Source: an uncultured Clostridia bacterium (lineage in GTDB: Bacteria; Bacillota; Clostridia; Oscillospirales; Butyricicoccaceae). From it: a stretch of 62,986 nt of DNA. The notes beneath the pieces were generated by a model. The model was not told where the DNA came from and did no database searches. It saw only the letters and a list, made by a program, of their open reading frames with translations. Made by a program: the position numbers and the translations under genes. The stretch spans positions 1-62,986 of the forward strand of contig CAMEPU010000001.1 in the NCBI GenBank assembly GCA_945932315.1. The letters are read 5' to 3'. The first letter of the stretch is position 1, and each line of letters starts with the position of its first letter. Below, in pieces: positions 1-8,703 of this stretch.

Positions 1-2
1 TC

Positions 3-575
3 GGCATCGGCGGCGGCTCCATCTGCATCACCCGTGAGCAGAAGGGCATCGGCCGCGGTCAGGCGACCGCCGTCATGGAAGTCGCCGCGGCGCGCGACGA
101 GTACTACCGCGAGACCGGCATCTATATCCCGATCTGCTCGGACGGCGGCATCGTGCACGACTATCACGTGACGCTGGCGCTGGCCATGGGCGCGGACTTC
201 TGCATGCTGGGCCGCTACTTCTCCCGCTTCGACGAGTCCCCCACCAACAAGGTCAACATCAACGGCACCTTCATGAAGGAGTACTGGGGCGAAGGCTCCG
301 CGCGCGCCCGCAACTGGCAGCGCTACGACATGGGCGGCGCCAAGAAGCTGTCCTTCGAGGAGGGCGTCGATTCCTACGTTCCCTATGCAGGCTCCCTGCA
401 TGACAACCTGAACCTGACCCTCTCCAAGGTTCGCTCGACCATGTGCAACTGCGGCGCGCTCACCATCCCCGAGCTGCAGGCCAAGGCCAAGATCACGCTG
501 GTCTCCGCGACCTCGATCGTCGAGGGCGGCGCGCACGACGTCGTGCTGAAGGACTCCACCATCTCTATCAAGTAA
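3..575 (+). CDS. guaB: IMP dehydrogenase, C-terminal part (truncated by window start)
   Basis: Frame open from nt 3 reads [20 protein letters not shown] (catalytic Cys loop), then SDGGI, MLGRYF, YWGEGS, EEGV. Confidence 0.93.
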   Translation, partial: GIGGGSICITREQKGIGRGQATAVMEVAAARDEYYRETGIYIPICSDGGIVHDYHVTLALAMGADFCMLGRYFSRFDESPTNKVNINGTFMKEYWGEGSARARNWQRYDMGGAKKLSFEEGVDSYVPYAGSLHDNLNLTLSKVRSTMCNCGALTIPELQAKAKITLVSATSIVEGGAHDVVLKDSTISIK

Positions 576-590
576 AAGAGCAGTCTGTCG

Positions 591-625
591 GGACGGAGAC
601 CAAAAGCGGTCTCCGTTCCTTTTTC
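591..625 (+). terminator. Intrinsic terminator after guaB
   Basis: ggacggagacc-aaaagc-ggtctccgttcc followed by a T run. Confidence 0.75.
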
Positions 626-649
626 TGCCCCGCAAAGGAGAAACCCAAT

Positions 650-1918
650 ATGTCACAGAAAAATTTTGCCGAGCTGCGCGAGGACGCCCGGGCTTTGATC
701 AAATGGACGATTCTGGCGGTCGCGGCCGGTCTGCTGATCGGCGTGGTCGGCGCGCTGTTCGCGCACGCGGTCACCTGGGCCACCGCGACCCGCAAGGCGC
801 ACGGCTGGCTGCTCTTCCTGCTGCCCGCCGCCGGCCTGTTGATCGTCTGGCTCTACCGCGCGGCCGGGATGGCCAAGGACACGGGCACCAACCGGGTGCT
901 GCTGGCCGTCCGCCGCAACGGCGAGATGCCCCTGCGCACCGCGCCCCTCATCATCGTCGCCACCGTGCTGACCCACCTGTTTGGCGGTTCGTCCGGCCGC
1001 GAGGGCGCGGCGCTCCAGCTGGGCGCGTCCCTGTCCACTGCCCTCGAGCGGGTGGTCACGCTTGATAAAAAGGACGATAAAGTCATCAAGATGTGCGGCA
1101 TGGCGGCCGGTTTTTCGGCCCTGTTCGGCACGCCGCTGACCGCGACCGTCTTCGCGATGGAGTGCGTTACCGTCGGCAAGATGCATTATGCCGCCCTGTT
1201 CCCCTGCCTGCTGGCCGCGCTGACCGCCCGCCTGACCGCCGGGCTGCTGGGCGGCCACCCCGAGGCGTTCACCCTGCTCGGCGTGCCCGCGCTGACCGCG
1301 GGCGCACTCGTCCGGGTGGCCGTGCTCGGCGTGTGCAGCGCACTGCTCGCCCGCCTGCTCTGCGCGGCGCTCGGCAAGGCGCACCATCTGTATCACAAGT
1401 ACCTGCCCAATCCGTACGCCGCCGTGTTCGTCGGCGGCTGTCTGGTCATCGCTCTGACCTTCCTCTCGGGCACGCGGGACTACAACGGCGCGGGCATGGA
1501 CGTCATCGAGCGCATGCTCGAGGAGGGCGCGTCCCCGGTCGCCTTCCTCTGGAAGATCGTGCTGACCGCCGTCACGCTGGGCTGCGGCTTCAAGGGCGGC
1601 GAGATCGTCCCGGCCTTCTTCACGGGCGCGGCCTTCGGCGCGGCGTTCGGCGGGCTGCTCGGCCTGACCCCGTCCTTCGCGGGCGGCGTGTGCATGGTCG
1701 GCGTGTTCTGCGGCGTGACCAATTCGCCCCTCGCGTCCGTCCTGCTGGCCTATGAGCTGTTCGGCGGTGAGGGCCTGCCCCTGATCGCCCTCGCGGTCGC
1801 CCTGTCCTTCCTGCTCTCGGGCTACTCGAGCCTGTACAGCGAGCAGGTCATCAACTACGACAAGCTCGCGCCCGGCTACCTCGGCAAGACCTCGGGCGAG
1901 CTGACCCACGAAAAGTAA
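650..1918 (+). CDS. CLC (EriC) family chloride/fluoride channel-transporter
   Basis: RBS aaggag then ATG 650; GSSGREGA, FGTPL, GFKGGEIVP, TNSPL motifs; many TM helices. Confidence 0.88.
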   Translation: MSQKNFAELREDARALIKWTILAVAAGLLIGVVGALFAHAVTWATATRKAHGWLLFLLPAAGLLIVWLYRAAGMAKDTGTNRVLLAVRRNGEMPLRTAPLIIVATVLTHLFGGSSGREGAALQLGASLSTALERVVTLDKKDDKVIKMCGMAAGFSALFGTPLTATVFAMECVTVGKMHYAALFPCLLAALTARLTAGLLGGHPEAFTLLGVPALTAGALVRVAVLGVCSALLARLLCAALGKAHHLYHKYLPNPYAAVFVGGCLVIALTFLSGTRDYNGAGMDVIERMLEEGASPVAFLWKIVLTAVTLGCGFKGGEIVPAFFTGAAFGAAFGGLLGLTPSFAGGVCMVGVFCGVTNSPLASVLLAYELFGGEGLPLIALAVALSFLLSGYSSLYSEQVINYDKLAPGYLGKTSGELTHEK

Positions 1919-1940
1919 GGGAGCGCCTTATAAAAATGCT

Positions 1941-1981
1941 GCAAATTTGCTGTTGAATTTTACAGCAGATTTGCGTATACT
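1941..1981 (+). promoter_or_regulatory. Sigma-A promoter overlapped by a 13-bp inverted repeat (probable TA autorepression operator)
   Basis: ttgaat(1953)-17bp-tatact(1976); IR gcaaatttgctgt (1941-1953) / acagcagatttgc (1962-1974), one mismatch. Confidence 0.65.
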
Positions 1982-2003
1982 GAAAGCAGAAGGGAGTGGT
2001 ACG

Positions 2004-2264
2004 ATGCCGAATATCAAGCCGATTTCCGATCTGCGAAATTACAGTGAGGTGCTGCAGGACGTTGCCGTGGGCGCGCCTGTTTTTCTGACTAAGAATGGGC
2101 GGGGTAAGTACGCGATCCTCGATATTCAGGACTATGAAAAAGCGCAGGCGACCATCCGATTGATGAATGAACTGGCAAAGGGCAGAAGGTCTGGCGAAGA
2201 AGAGGGCTGGCTGACTGCCGAGGATGTGAGGGCACATTTCCGTGCGCGGACAAATGAAGAATAA
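2004..2264 (+). CDS. Phd/YefM family antitoxin
   Basis: MPNIKPISDLRNY...PVFLTKNGRG; overlaps the downstream toxin start. Confidence 0.9.
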   Translation: MPNIKPISDLRNYSEVLQDVAVGAPVFLTKNGRGKYAILDIQDYEKAQATIRLMNELAKGRRSGEEEGWLTAEDVRAHFRARTNEE

Positions 2265-2580
2265 GCTGTATCTCTCGCAGGAAGCGCAGCGCGATCTGGA
2301 TGAGATCTGGGATTATATCGCGTCGGAATTGGGCAATACTGCTGCGGCCGAACAGACGGTTGGCGCGATTCTGGATGACATTGACCAACTGCGGAACTTT
2401 GCGGAGTTGGGCGTGCCTCTGTTTTCGATCGCCCGGGTGGAGAGCGACCACCGCGTGCTCGTGACAGGCAATTATCTGACTTTCTACCGCGCGGGGGAAA
2501 AAGAGGTTTATGTGGATCGCGTGCTGTACGGCCGCCGCGATTACCTGCGCGCCCTGTTCGGAGAGCCGGAGAAAAAGTAA
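2254..2580 (+). CDS. RelE/ParE family toxin
   Basis: LSQEAQRDLDEIWDYIA...NYLTFYR...VDRVLYGRRDY. Confidence 0.9.
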   Translation: MKNKLYLSQEAQRDLDEIWDYIASELGNTAAAEQTVGAILDDIDQLRNFAELGVPLFSIARVESDHRVLVTGNYLTFYRAGEKEVYVDRVLYGRRDYLRALFGEPEKK

Positions 2581-2733
2581 CTCCACAGCGCGATTTTCAA
2601 CCGATTTTTCATTTTTTGCCCTGTAACCCATTGCAAACCAATTTATATTCTGTTACCATAATAGACAGACAGAATCCGACAGGCAGGCTGCGATGCGACG
2701 CAGCCTGTTTTGCCGTCACAAGGAGGAAAACCG

Positions 2734-4101
2734 ATGAATCAAACCGAACGCATGGGTCGTGAGCACGTGGGCCGGCTGATCCTCAGCATGTCCGCCCCCG
2801 CCATGATCTCCATGCTCATCAATGCGCTGTACAACATCGTGGACAGCATCTTCGTCGGCCGCTACTCGACCGACGCGTTCACCGCCGTTTCGCTCGTGTT
2901 CCCACTGCAGCAGCTCGTCATCGCGGTCGCCGTGGGCACCGCGGTCGGCGTCAACTCGCTGATCGCCCGCCGTCTGGGCGCACGCATGCACGCCGAGGCC
3001 GAGGACGCCGCCCGCCATGGCATCGTGCTGGCGGTGCTGAGCGGCCTCGCCTTTATGCTGATCGGCTTCGGTTTCAGCCGGCCGTTCCTCTCGGCCTTCA
3101 CGGCCAACCCGGCCGTGCTCGAGCAGGCGGTTTCCTACTCGCATATCGCGGTCGGCCTGTCCCTGTTCGTCATGATCTCGATCATGTGCGAGAAGATCCA
3201 GCAGGCGACCGGCAACATGATCATCCCGATGATTCAGGGCATCGTGGGCACGGTCATCAACATCGCGCTCGATCCCATCATGATTTTCGGCCTGCTGGGC
3301 TGCCCCGAGATGGGCGTGCGCGGCGCGGCCATCGCGACCATCATCGGCCAGATCGGCGGCATGGTCGTGGGCGTGTACGCGGTCTTTTTCCATCAGAAGG
3401 CGCTCGACTGCTCGATGTGCCGCCTGAAGCTGAGCATCCGCACCATCCTCGAGATTTATCAGGTCGGCCTGCCCGGCATCATCATGCAGAGCGTGGTCTC
3501 GGTCATGACCTCGGGTCTCAACATGATCCTGATCTCGTACTCCGAGATCGCGGTCTCGGTGCTCGGCCTGTACTTCAAGCTGCAGACCTTCGTCTTCATG
3601 CCGGTGTTCGGTCTTAATCAGGGCGCGCTGCCTGTCATGGGTTATAATTATGGCGCGGGCGACCGCAAGCGCCTGATGAGCGCCTACCGGGTCACGGTTG
3701 CGGCCGCGTTCGCCATTATGGTGACCGGTCTCATCCTGTTCCAGACCATCCCGGACAAGATGATCCGCCTGTTCAACGACGACCCCGCCCTGCTGGCCGC
3801 CGGCGTGCCCGCCCTCAAGACCATCAGCCTGTCGTTCTTAGGCGCGGCCTTCGGCATCATCAACAGCACCCTGTTCCAGGCCATCGGCCGGGGCATGGCC
3901 TCGCTGATCGTCTCGGTTTGCCGCCAGCTCGGCATCATCCTGCCTGCCGCGTGGATTCTCGGCCGCCTGTTCGGCCTGCACGCGATCTGGTTCGCCTTCC
4001 CGATCGCCGAGATCGGCTCGTTCTTCATCTCCTTCGCGCTGCTCTATCGCATTTATCAGAAGGAGCTGAAGCACCTGCAGCCCCGGACTTCGGAGGAATG
4101 A
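2734..4101 (+). CDS. MATE family efflux transporter
   Basis: RBS aggagg; LYNIVDSIFVG, NIALDP, MGVRGAAIAT, GYNYGA; ~12 TM. Confidence 0.92.
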   Translation: MNQTERMGREHVGRLILSMSAPAMISMLINALYNIVDSIFVGRYSTDAFTAVSLVFPLQQLVIAVAVGTAVGVNSLIARRLGARMHAEAEDAARHGIVLAVLSGLAFMLIGFGFSRPFLSAFTANPAVLEQAVSYSHIAVGLSLFVMISIMCEKIQQATGNMIIPMIQGIVGTVINIALDPIMIFGLLGCPEMGVRGAAIATIIGQIGGMVVGVYAVFFHQKALDCSMCRLKLSIRTILEIYQVGLPGIIMQSVVSVMTSGLNMILISYSEIAVSVLGLYFKLQTFVFMPVFGLNQGALPVMGYNYGAGDRKRLMSAYRVTVAAAFAIMVTGLILFQTIPDKMIRLFNDDPALLAAGVPALKTISLSFLGAAFGIINSTLFQAIGRGMASLIVSVCRQLGIILPAAWILGRLFGLHAIWFAFPIAEIGSFFISFALLYRIYQKELKHLQPRTSEE

Positions 4102-4102
4102 T

Positions 4103-4828
4103 ATGCTGCGAACGATCGTCTGGTTCATTTATTTCTGGCTCTATCTGCTGGTCTGCATCCCGGCCTCCCTGCGGGTCATCGCGCTCGAAAAGCGAGGCGA
4201 GATCGAAAAGGCCGACCGCCTGACCCGTAAATTCGTCCACAACTGGGCGGCGCGGCTGCTCTGGCTGGCGGGCGCGCGCGTGACCGTCGAGGGGGCGGAC
4301 AACCTGCCCGACGGCCCGGCGGTTTACATCGGCAATCATCAGGGCTATTTTGACATCCCGCTCATGCTGGCCTGCGTGGGCGAGCCGCGCGGCCTGATGG
4401 CCAAAAAGGAGATCGACCGCATCCCGGGCATCCGCACCTGGATGCGCCGCCTGCACTGCCTGTTCGTCGACCGCTCGTCGGCGACCTCGGGCGCGGCCGT
4501 CCTGCGCGAGGGCGAAAAGATGCTGCGCGAGGGCTATTCGCTCACCATCTTCCCCGAGGGCACCCGCAGTCGGGGCGGGGAGATGAAGGAATTCAAGGCG
4601 GGCGCGTTCCGCATCGCGACGCTGGCCGGAGCGCCCATCGTGCCGGTCACGATCGACGGCTCGTACAAGCTGATGGAGGGCAACAAGCACTGGTTCATCC
4701 ATCCGGCCGACGTGCGCCTGACCATCCACCCGGCCATCGAGACCGCCGGACTCGACCGCGCGGCCATCCGCGCCCTGCCTGAGACCGTGCGCGCCACCAT
4801 CGCCGCGCCGCTCGAAAACAAGGAGTAA
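4103..4828 (+). CDS. plsC: 1-acyl-sn-glycerol-3-phosphate acyltransferase
   Basis: NHQGYFD (HX4D), FVDR and FPEGTRS motifs. Confidence 0.9.
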   Translation: MLRTIVWFIYFWLYLLVCIPASLRVIALEKRGEIEKADRLTRKFVHNWAARLLWLAGARVTVEGADNLPDGPAVYIGNHQGYFDIPLMLACVGEPRGLMAKKEIDRIPGIRTWMRRLHCLFVDRSSATSGAAVLREGEKMLREGYSLTIFPEGTRSRGGEMKEFKAGAFRIATLAGAPIVPVTIDGSYKLMEGNKHWFIHPADVRLTIHPAIETAGLDRAAIRALPETVRATIAAPLENKE

Positions 4829-4831
4829 AGC

Positions 4832-4894
4832 AAATGCCTCCCGAAATGGGTAATGTCACTAACTAAATGACATTACCCATTTCGGGAGGCATTT
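4832..4894. repeat. Perfect 27-bp inverted repeat with 9-nt loop between convergent genes (bidirectional terminator or REP-like)
   Basis: aaatgcctcccgaaatgggtaatgtca (4832-4858) / tgacattacccatttcgggaggcattt (4868-4894). Confidence 0.85.
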
Positions 4895-4895
4895 T

Positions 4896-5144
4896 TCATC
4901 CAAAATCGTGCCGCGTCCCGCAGCCGCAGCCCAGCGACTCAAACTCCGAGACGATCGCTTCGATCTGCCCGAAGCATTCGGGATCGGACAGGCTGTCGTC
5001 CCGCACGATGTCCCGGATGCGGCAGAGCAGCTTGTAGCAGGTCTGCCCGACCAGCTCGTTCGCGTCGATCGTGAAATTGGAAAAGGTCACTTGAATGTCC
5101 TGCTTGGACAGAATGTGAGCCAGCAGTTCCTGATAGAGTTCCAT
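4896..5144 (-). CDS. Small acidic hypothetical protein (82 aa)
   Basis: RBS gaaggaag before ATG; C-terminal SDPECF...RHDFG; divergent from the XRE gene. Confidence 0.7.
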   Translation of the reverse strand: MELYQELLAHILSKQDIQVTFSNFTIDANELVGQTCYKLLCRIRDIVRDDSLSDPECFGQIEAIVSEFESLGCGCGTRHDFG

Positions 5145-5197
5145 AGAGACACTTCCTTCTCAAAATCTGAAATTATTATACCGTATCTCTCACAAAA

Positions 5198-5225
5198 TAC
5201 GCAACCGCGTATACGCATATGCGAA
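5198..5225. promoter_or_regulatory. Two tandem TACGC-N4-GCGWA palindromes (probable XRE operators)
   Basis: tacgc-aacc-gcgta (5198-5211) directly followed by tacgc-atat-gcgaa (5212-5225) in a divergent intergenic region. Confidence 0.55.
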
Positions 5226-5256
5226 TAAAATTCTACAATCTCCATAAGGTGATTGT

Positions 5257-5499
5257 ATGTGTGTTAAGGATATGGTAGCAGACCGCTTTCGGGAAATTTG
5301 TCGAAAACGCGGGATCAAAGCGAACGAGTTGGCGAATCTGGCGGGCGTAACACCATCCACCGTGTACAGCATGCTCGACTCGCGCCGCCGGGATGTGTCG
5401 ATCGTCACGATCAAAAAACTCTGCGATGGCTTGGACATCACGCTGGGGGAGTTTTTCTCCACGCCCACATTCGATGCGCTCGAGCAGGAGCTGAAATAA
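5257..5499 (+). CDS. XRE/Cro-C1 family HTH transcriptional regulator
   Basis: RBS aaggtga; NELANLAGVTPSTVYSM...TIKKLCDGLDITLGEFF. Confidence 0.9.
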   Translation: MCVKDMVADRFREICRKRGIKANELANLAGVTPSTVYSMLDSRRRDVSIVTIKKLCDGLDITLGEFFSTPTFDALEQELK

Positions 5500-5514
5500 A
5501 AGAGCGCCCCCTTG

Positions 5515-5543
5515 TTGACAAGGAAGGCGCCCGGGCGTATACT
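5515..5543 (+). promoter_or_regulatory. Sigma-A promoter driving the antisense sRNA
   Basis: ttgaca(5515-5520)-17bp-tatact(5538-5543) with no downstream + strand ORF. Confidence 0.75.
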
Positions 5544-5549
5544 GAAAGT

Positions 5550-5645
5550 ACAAAGGACGGACTTAACGGTCGTTCCTTTCCTTAGAATCGAATCACATTA
5601 TAAGAAATGACCGACACTTTGGCGAGGGGCGGTCATTTTCTTTTG
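5550..5645 (+). ncRNA. Putative type I antitoxin antisense sRNA (~95 nt)
   Basis: Between the promoter above and hairpin gaaatgaccg...cggtcatttt + cttttg; overlaps the toxin stop codon and 3' UTR in antisense; ends approximate. Confidence 0.6.
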
Positions 5646-5722
5646 GTGCAAATCTGGTATACCAGACCGACGATGCCAACGAGCATCGCGGTGTAGGCAA
5701 ATAATGCCTCGTAAGTAACCAT
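5633..5722 (-). CDS. Putative type I toxin, 29-aa holin-like hydrophobic peptide MVTYEALFAYTAMLVGIVGLVYQICTKRK
   Basis: RBS aaggggga, single TM helix, basic C-terminus (KRK), own promoter, convergent sRNA. Confidence 0.72.
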   Translation of the reverse strand: MVTYEALFAYTAMLVGIVGLVYQICTKRK

Positions 5723-5819
5723 ACTGCATCCCCCTTTTGCACTCGGGACTGGGCAGGAGTGAAGGGAAAGAAACGACCGTAAACCGTTAACGTCTTGCAT
5801 TTCAATTACGCTTGCACAT

Positions 5820-5848
5820 AGTATACATGTGCACAGATATTTTGTCAA
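5820..5848 (-). promoter_or_regulatory. Sigma-A promoter of the toxin mRNA
   Basis: Minus strand ttgaca(5848-5843)-17bp-tatact(5825-5820); palindrome tgcacat...atgtgca spans the -10. Confidence 0.75.
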
Positions 5849-5855
5849 TTTTTGC

Positions 5856-5890
5856 AAACAAAGCCCCCATCCGCGGATGGGGGTTTGCTT
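5856..5890 (-). terminator. Terminator after yigZ
   Basis: aagcccccatc-cgcg-gatgggggttt hairpin, T-rich tail on the minus strand. Confidence 0.65.
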
Positions 5891-6530
5891 ATTTCTCTCT
5901 TCGTCCCATGAATTTGGTCTCGATCTCCTCGGCGGAAATCGTTCCGGCCGAGATCTCGGCGAGGGCGAGGTTTAATTCGTCCAGCCGCCCGGCGGGCTGG
6001 GTGACGGTCAGTGTCACGTCCGCGCCGTAGTCGGTCGCCTCGATCCGGCAGTCGTACCGGGGCAGGAGCTGCTGCACCGCGCCCAGCTGGTTGTAGCCGC
6101 AGGCGATGAGCAGCACGGAGTACAGGCTCATGCGCTCCACGCCCGCTGCCGCGACCGCGATCTTGGCGCCCTCGGTGTAGGCGCGCACCAGACCGCCCGT
6201 GCCCAGCAGGATGCCGCCGAAGTAGCGGGTCACGACGCAGCACACGTCCACGAGCCCCTCGTGCCGCAGCACCTCGAGCATGGGCATCCCCGCCGTGCCG
6301 CCCGGCTCGCCGTCGTCCGAATAGCGCATGGTGTTGCCCTCGCGCAGGATGTAGGCGTAGCAGTTGTGGGTCGCGTCCCAGTATTTCTCCCGGCATTCCT
6401 TGATGCGGGCGACGGCCTCGTCGGCCGATTCGACGTGCCAGAGCCGCCCGTAGAACTTGGAGCGCTTCTCGACGAAGCTGTCCTCGGCGAAGTCGAGATA
6501 GGGGATCAGATAGTCCTTTTCGAGCGCCAT
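5889..6530 (-). CDS. yigZ: YigZ/IMPACT family protein
   Basis: EKRSKF, DATHNCYAY, SDDGEPGGTAG, VVTRYFGGILLGTGGLVRAY. Confidence 0.93.
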   Translation of the reverse strand: MALEKDYLIPYLDFAEDSFVEKRSKFYGRLWHVESADEAVARIKECREKYWDATHNCYAYILREGNTMRYSDDGEPGGTAGMPMLEVLRHEGLVDVCCVVTRYFGGILLGTGGLVRAYTEGAKIAVAAAGVERMSLYSVLLIACGYNQLGAVQQLLPRYDCRIEATDYGADVTLTVTQPAGRLDELNLALAEISAGTISAEEIETKFMGRREK

Positions 6531-6531
6531 C

Positions 6532-7797
6532 TTACTCCTCCACCCGGTATTTCTGCATCCGGCCGCAGGTCTTGTCATCCACGACAACAACAACCTTGGT
6601 GCCCTCGGCCTCGTATTCGACCGACTTGACCTGAGCCTCACGGTGCAGGGCGTCGAGCGCCGCGCCGTCGCTGTACGGGATGAGCAGGGTCATTTCATGC
6701 TTGCCCCGGCCGAGCGCCTGTTCGATGGCCTCGAGCAGCTTGTCCGTGCCCTCGCCGGTGCGCGCCGAGAAGAGCACGCCCTCGGGCAGATAGGGCAGGA
6801 TATCGCACTTATCGGCCTTGTTGAGCACGATGACGCGCGGGATGGCCTCCGCGCCCAGCTGATTGATAACTTTTTCCACCGTCTGGGCGTGCAGCTCGCG
6901 GTCGGGGTCGGAGAGGTCGACCACGTGCAGCAGCAGGTCGGCGTAGGCCAGCTCCTCGAGGGTGGCCTTGAAGGCCGAGATCAGGTGGTGGGGCAGCTTG
7001 CGGATGAAACCGACCGTGTCGGAGAGCAAAATTTCCTGCGTGTCCGAAATCCGCTTTTTGCGGGTGGTGGGGTCGAGGGTGTCGAACAGGCGGTCGTTGG
7101 CCTCGATGCCCGCGCCGGTCAGGCAGTTGAGCAGGGTCGACTTGCCCGCGTTCGTGTAGCCCACGATGGCGACGAGCGGGAGGTCGGTCTTTTTGCGCTG
7201 GCGGCGCTGGACGGCGCGCACCTGACGCACCTGCTCCAAATCCTCGCGCAGCTTGTCGATGCGGCGGCGGATGTGGCGGCGGTCGCTCTCGAGCTTGCTC
7301 TCGCCCGGGCCGCGCGTGCCGATGCCGCCGCCCAGACGGCTCATGGACTTGCCCAGACCGGCGAGGCGGGGCAGGATATACTGGTACTGCGCCAGCTCGA
7401 CCTGCAGCTTGCCCTCGCCCGTGCGGGCGCGCTGGGCGAAGATGTCCAGAATGAGCGCCGAGCGGTCGAGCACGGTGCGGCCGGTCTCCTCCTCGAGCAC
7501 CCGCATCTGGGAGGGGGACAGCTCGTTGTCGAAGATGATGAGGTCGGCCTCGTTGGCTTCGGCGAGCGCCTTCAGCTCCTCGACCTTGCCCTCGCCGAGG
7601 AAGGTGCGCGCGTCGGGCGCGGGGCGGTGCTGGAGCATCATGGCGACCGGCTCGCCGCCCGCCGTCTCGGTCAGCGCGGCCAGCTCGGCCATGGTGCGCT
7701 CGTCGGCGTCCTCCTCCGGGCCGAAGCGCGGGCAGGACAGGCCGACCAGCACGGCGCGTTCGCGCTTCTGCTCCTCGGGGGTGAATTCCTTCTCCAT
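6532..7797 (-). CDS. hflX: Ribosome-splitting GTPase HflX
   Basis: ILDIFAQRA, GIGTRGPGE, GYTNAGKST, DTVGFI, NKAD. Confidence 0.97.
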   Translation of the reverse strand: MEKEFTPEEQKRERAVLVGLSCPRFGPEEDADERTMAELAALTETAGGEPVAMMLQHRPAPDARTFLGEGKVEELKALAEANEADLIIFDNELSPSQMRVLEEETGRTVLDRSALILDIFAQRARTGEGKLQVELAQYQYILPRLAGLGKSMSRLGGGIGTRGPGESKLESDRRHIRRRIDKLREDLEQVRQVRAVQRRQRKKTDLPLVAIVGYTNAGKSTLLNCLTGAGIEANDRLFDTLDPTTRKKRISDTQEILLSDTVGFIRKLPHHLISAFKATLEELAYADLLLHVVDLSDPDRELHAQTVEKVINQLGAEAIPRVIVLNKADKCDILPYLPEGVLFSARTGEGTDKLLEAIEQALGRGKHEMTLLIPYSDGAALDALHREAQVKSVEYEAEGTKVVVVVDDKTCGRMQKYRVEE

Positions 7798-7828
7798 ATG
7801 CAGCACATCCTTTCTTGTCTGCAAACAA

Positions 7829-7863
7829 CAAAAAAAGCATCGAAAGACCTTCGATGCTTTTTA
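7829..7863 (-). terminator. Terminator after rpmE
   Basis: aaaaaagcatcgaa-agacc-ttcgatgcttttt. Confidence 0.75.
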
Positions 7864-7869
7864 CGGTTC

Positions 7870-8073
7870 TTACTTGCCCAGATTGAAACGCTTCTTAAAG
7901 CGATCAACACGTCCGCCGGTATCTACCAGCTTCTGCTTACCCGTGAAGAACGGATGACACTTAGAACATACGTCAACGACGATATTCTCCTTGGTAGAAC
8001 CGGTCTCGATGACGTTGCCGCATGCACAGCGAATGGTCGTCTGCTTGTAATTCGGATGGATTCCCTGCTTCAT
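7870..8073 (-). CDS. rpmE: 50S ribosomal protein L31 (Zn-binding, CxC/CxxC type)
   Basis: MKQGIHPNY...CACGN...[13 protein letters not shown]...GRVDRF. Confidence 0.97.
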   Translation of the reverse strand: MKQGIHPNYKQTTIRCACGNVIETGSTKENIVVDVCSKCHPFFTGKQKLVDTGGRVDRFKKRFNLGK

Positions 8074-8241
8074 GTTGTTTCACCTCTTTCCAGATAAGCT
8101 TTGCAGTCAAGTATAATCATAGCATGACCCTTGCGATTGCGCAAGAGTTTTTTCAAAAAAATCGAACTTTTTTTTCGTTCCCGGGCGCGGAATAATACAT
8201 TTCATGATCGTTTCCACGCCTGAAAACTGTCTGTTGATTTT

Positions 8242-8703
8242 TTATTTGGTTTTATATACCAGATCGGTGACCGTCCAGTCCGCCAGAATCGGGGCCATGC
8301 GGGCGGCGATCTTCTTCGCGCCCACGAGGTCGTGCATCAGATAGTTGCCGCATTCGACCTTGCTGGAGCCCGGGATCGTCCCCTCGAAGGCGAGGACGAA
8401 ATCCATGGTCTCGCGCACGAGGCGGATAGCCTCGGCGGGGTCGAGGTCGCGCACGAGGAAGTAGAAGCCGGTCAGGCAGCCCATCGGGCCGACGTAGACG
8501 ATGTGGTCGGACAGGGGGGTGTTGCGCACATAGGTCGCGAACAGGTGCTCGAACGTGTGCGCGGCCGCGGGGTAGAGGTATTCGCCGCCGTTCGGCAGCA
8601 CCATGCGGACGTCGTAGGTGGTGATGTCGCCGTCCACGCGGGAAGTGTACATGCCCGGGGTCAGCAGGTCGTGGTCGACCTCAAAGCTCGCGATGCGTTT
8701 CAT
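8242..8703 (-). CDS. luxS: S-ribosylhomocysteine lyase (AI-2 synthase)
   Basis: SFEVDH, HTFEHL, GPMGCLTGFY, ECGNY. Confidence 0.96.
   Translation of the reverse strand: MKRIASFEVDHDLLTPGMYTSRVDGDITTYDVRMVLPNGGEYLYPAAAHTFEHLFATYVRNTPLSDHIVYVGPMGCLTGFYFLVRDLDPAEAIRLVRETMDFVLAFEGTIPGSSKVECGNYLMHDLVGAKKIAARMAPILADWTVTDLVYKTK

Noticed and set aside
576-649. Fluoride riboswitch upstream of the CLC gene
   Set aside because: Only a terminator hairpin is present; no recognisable crcB-motif consensus.
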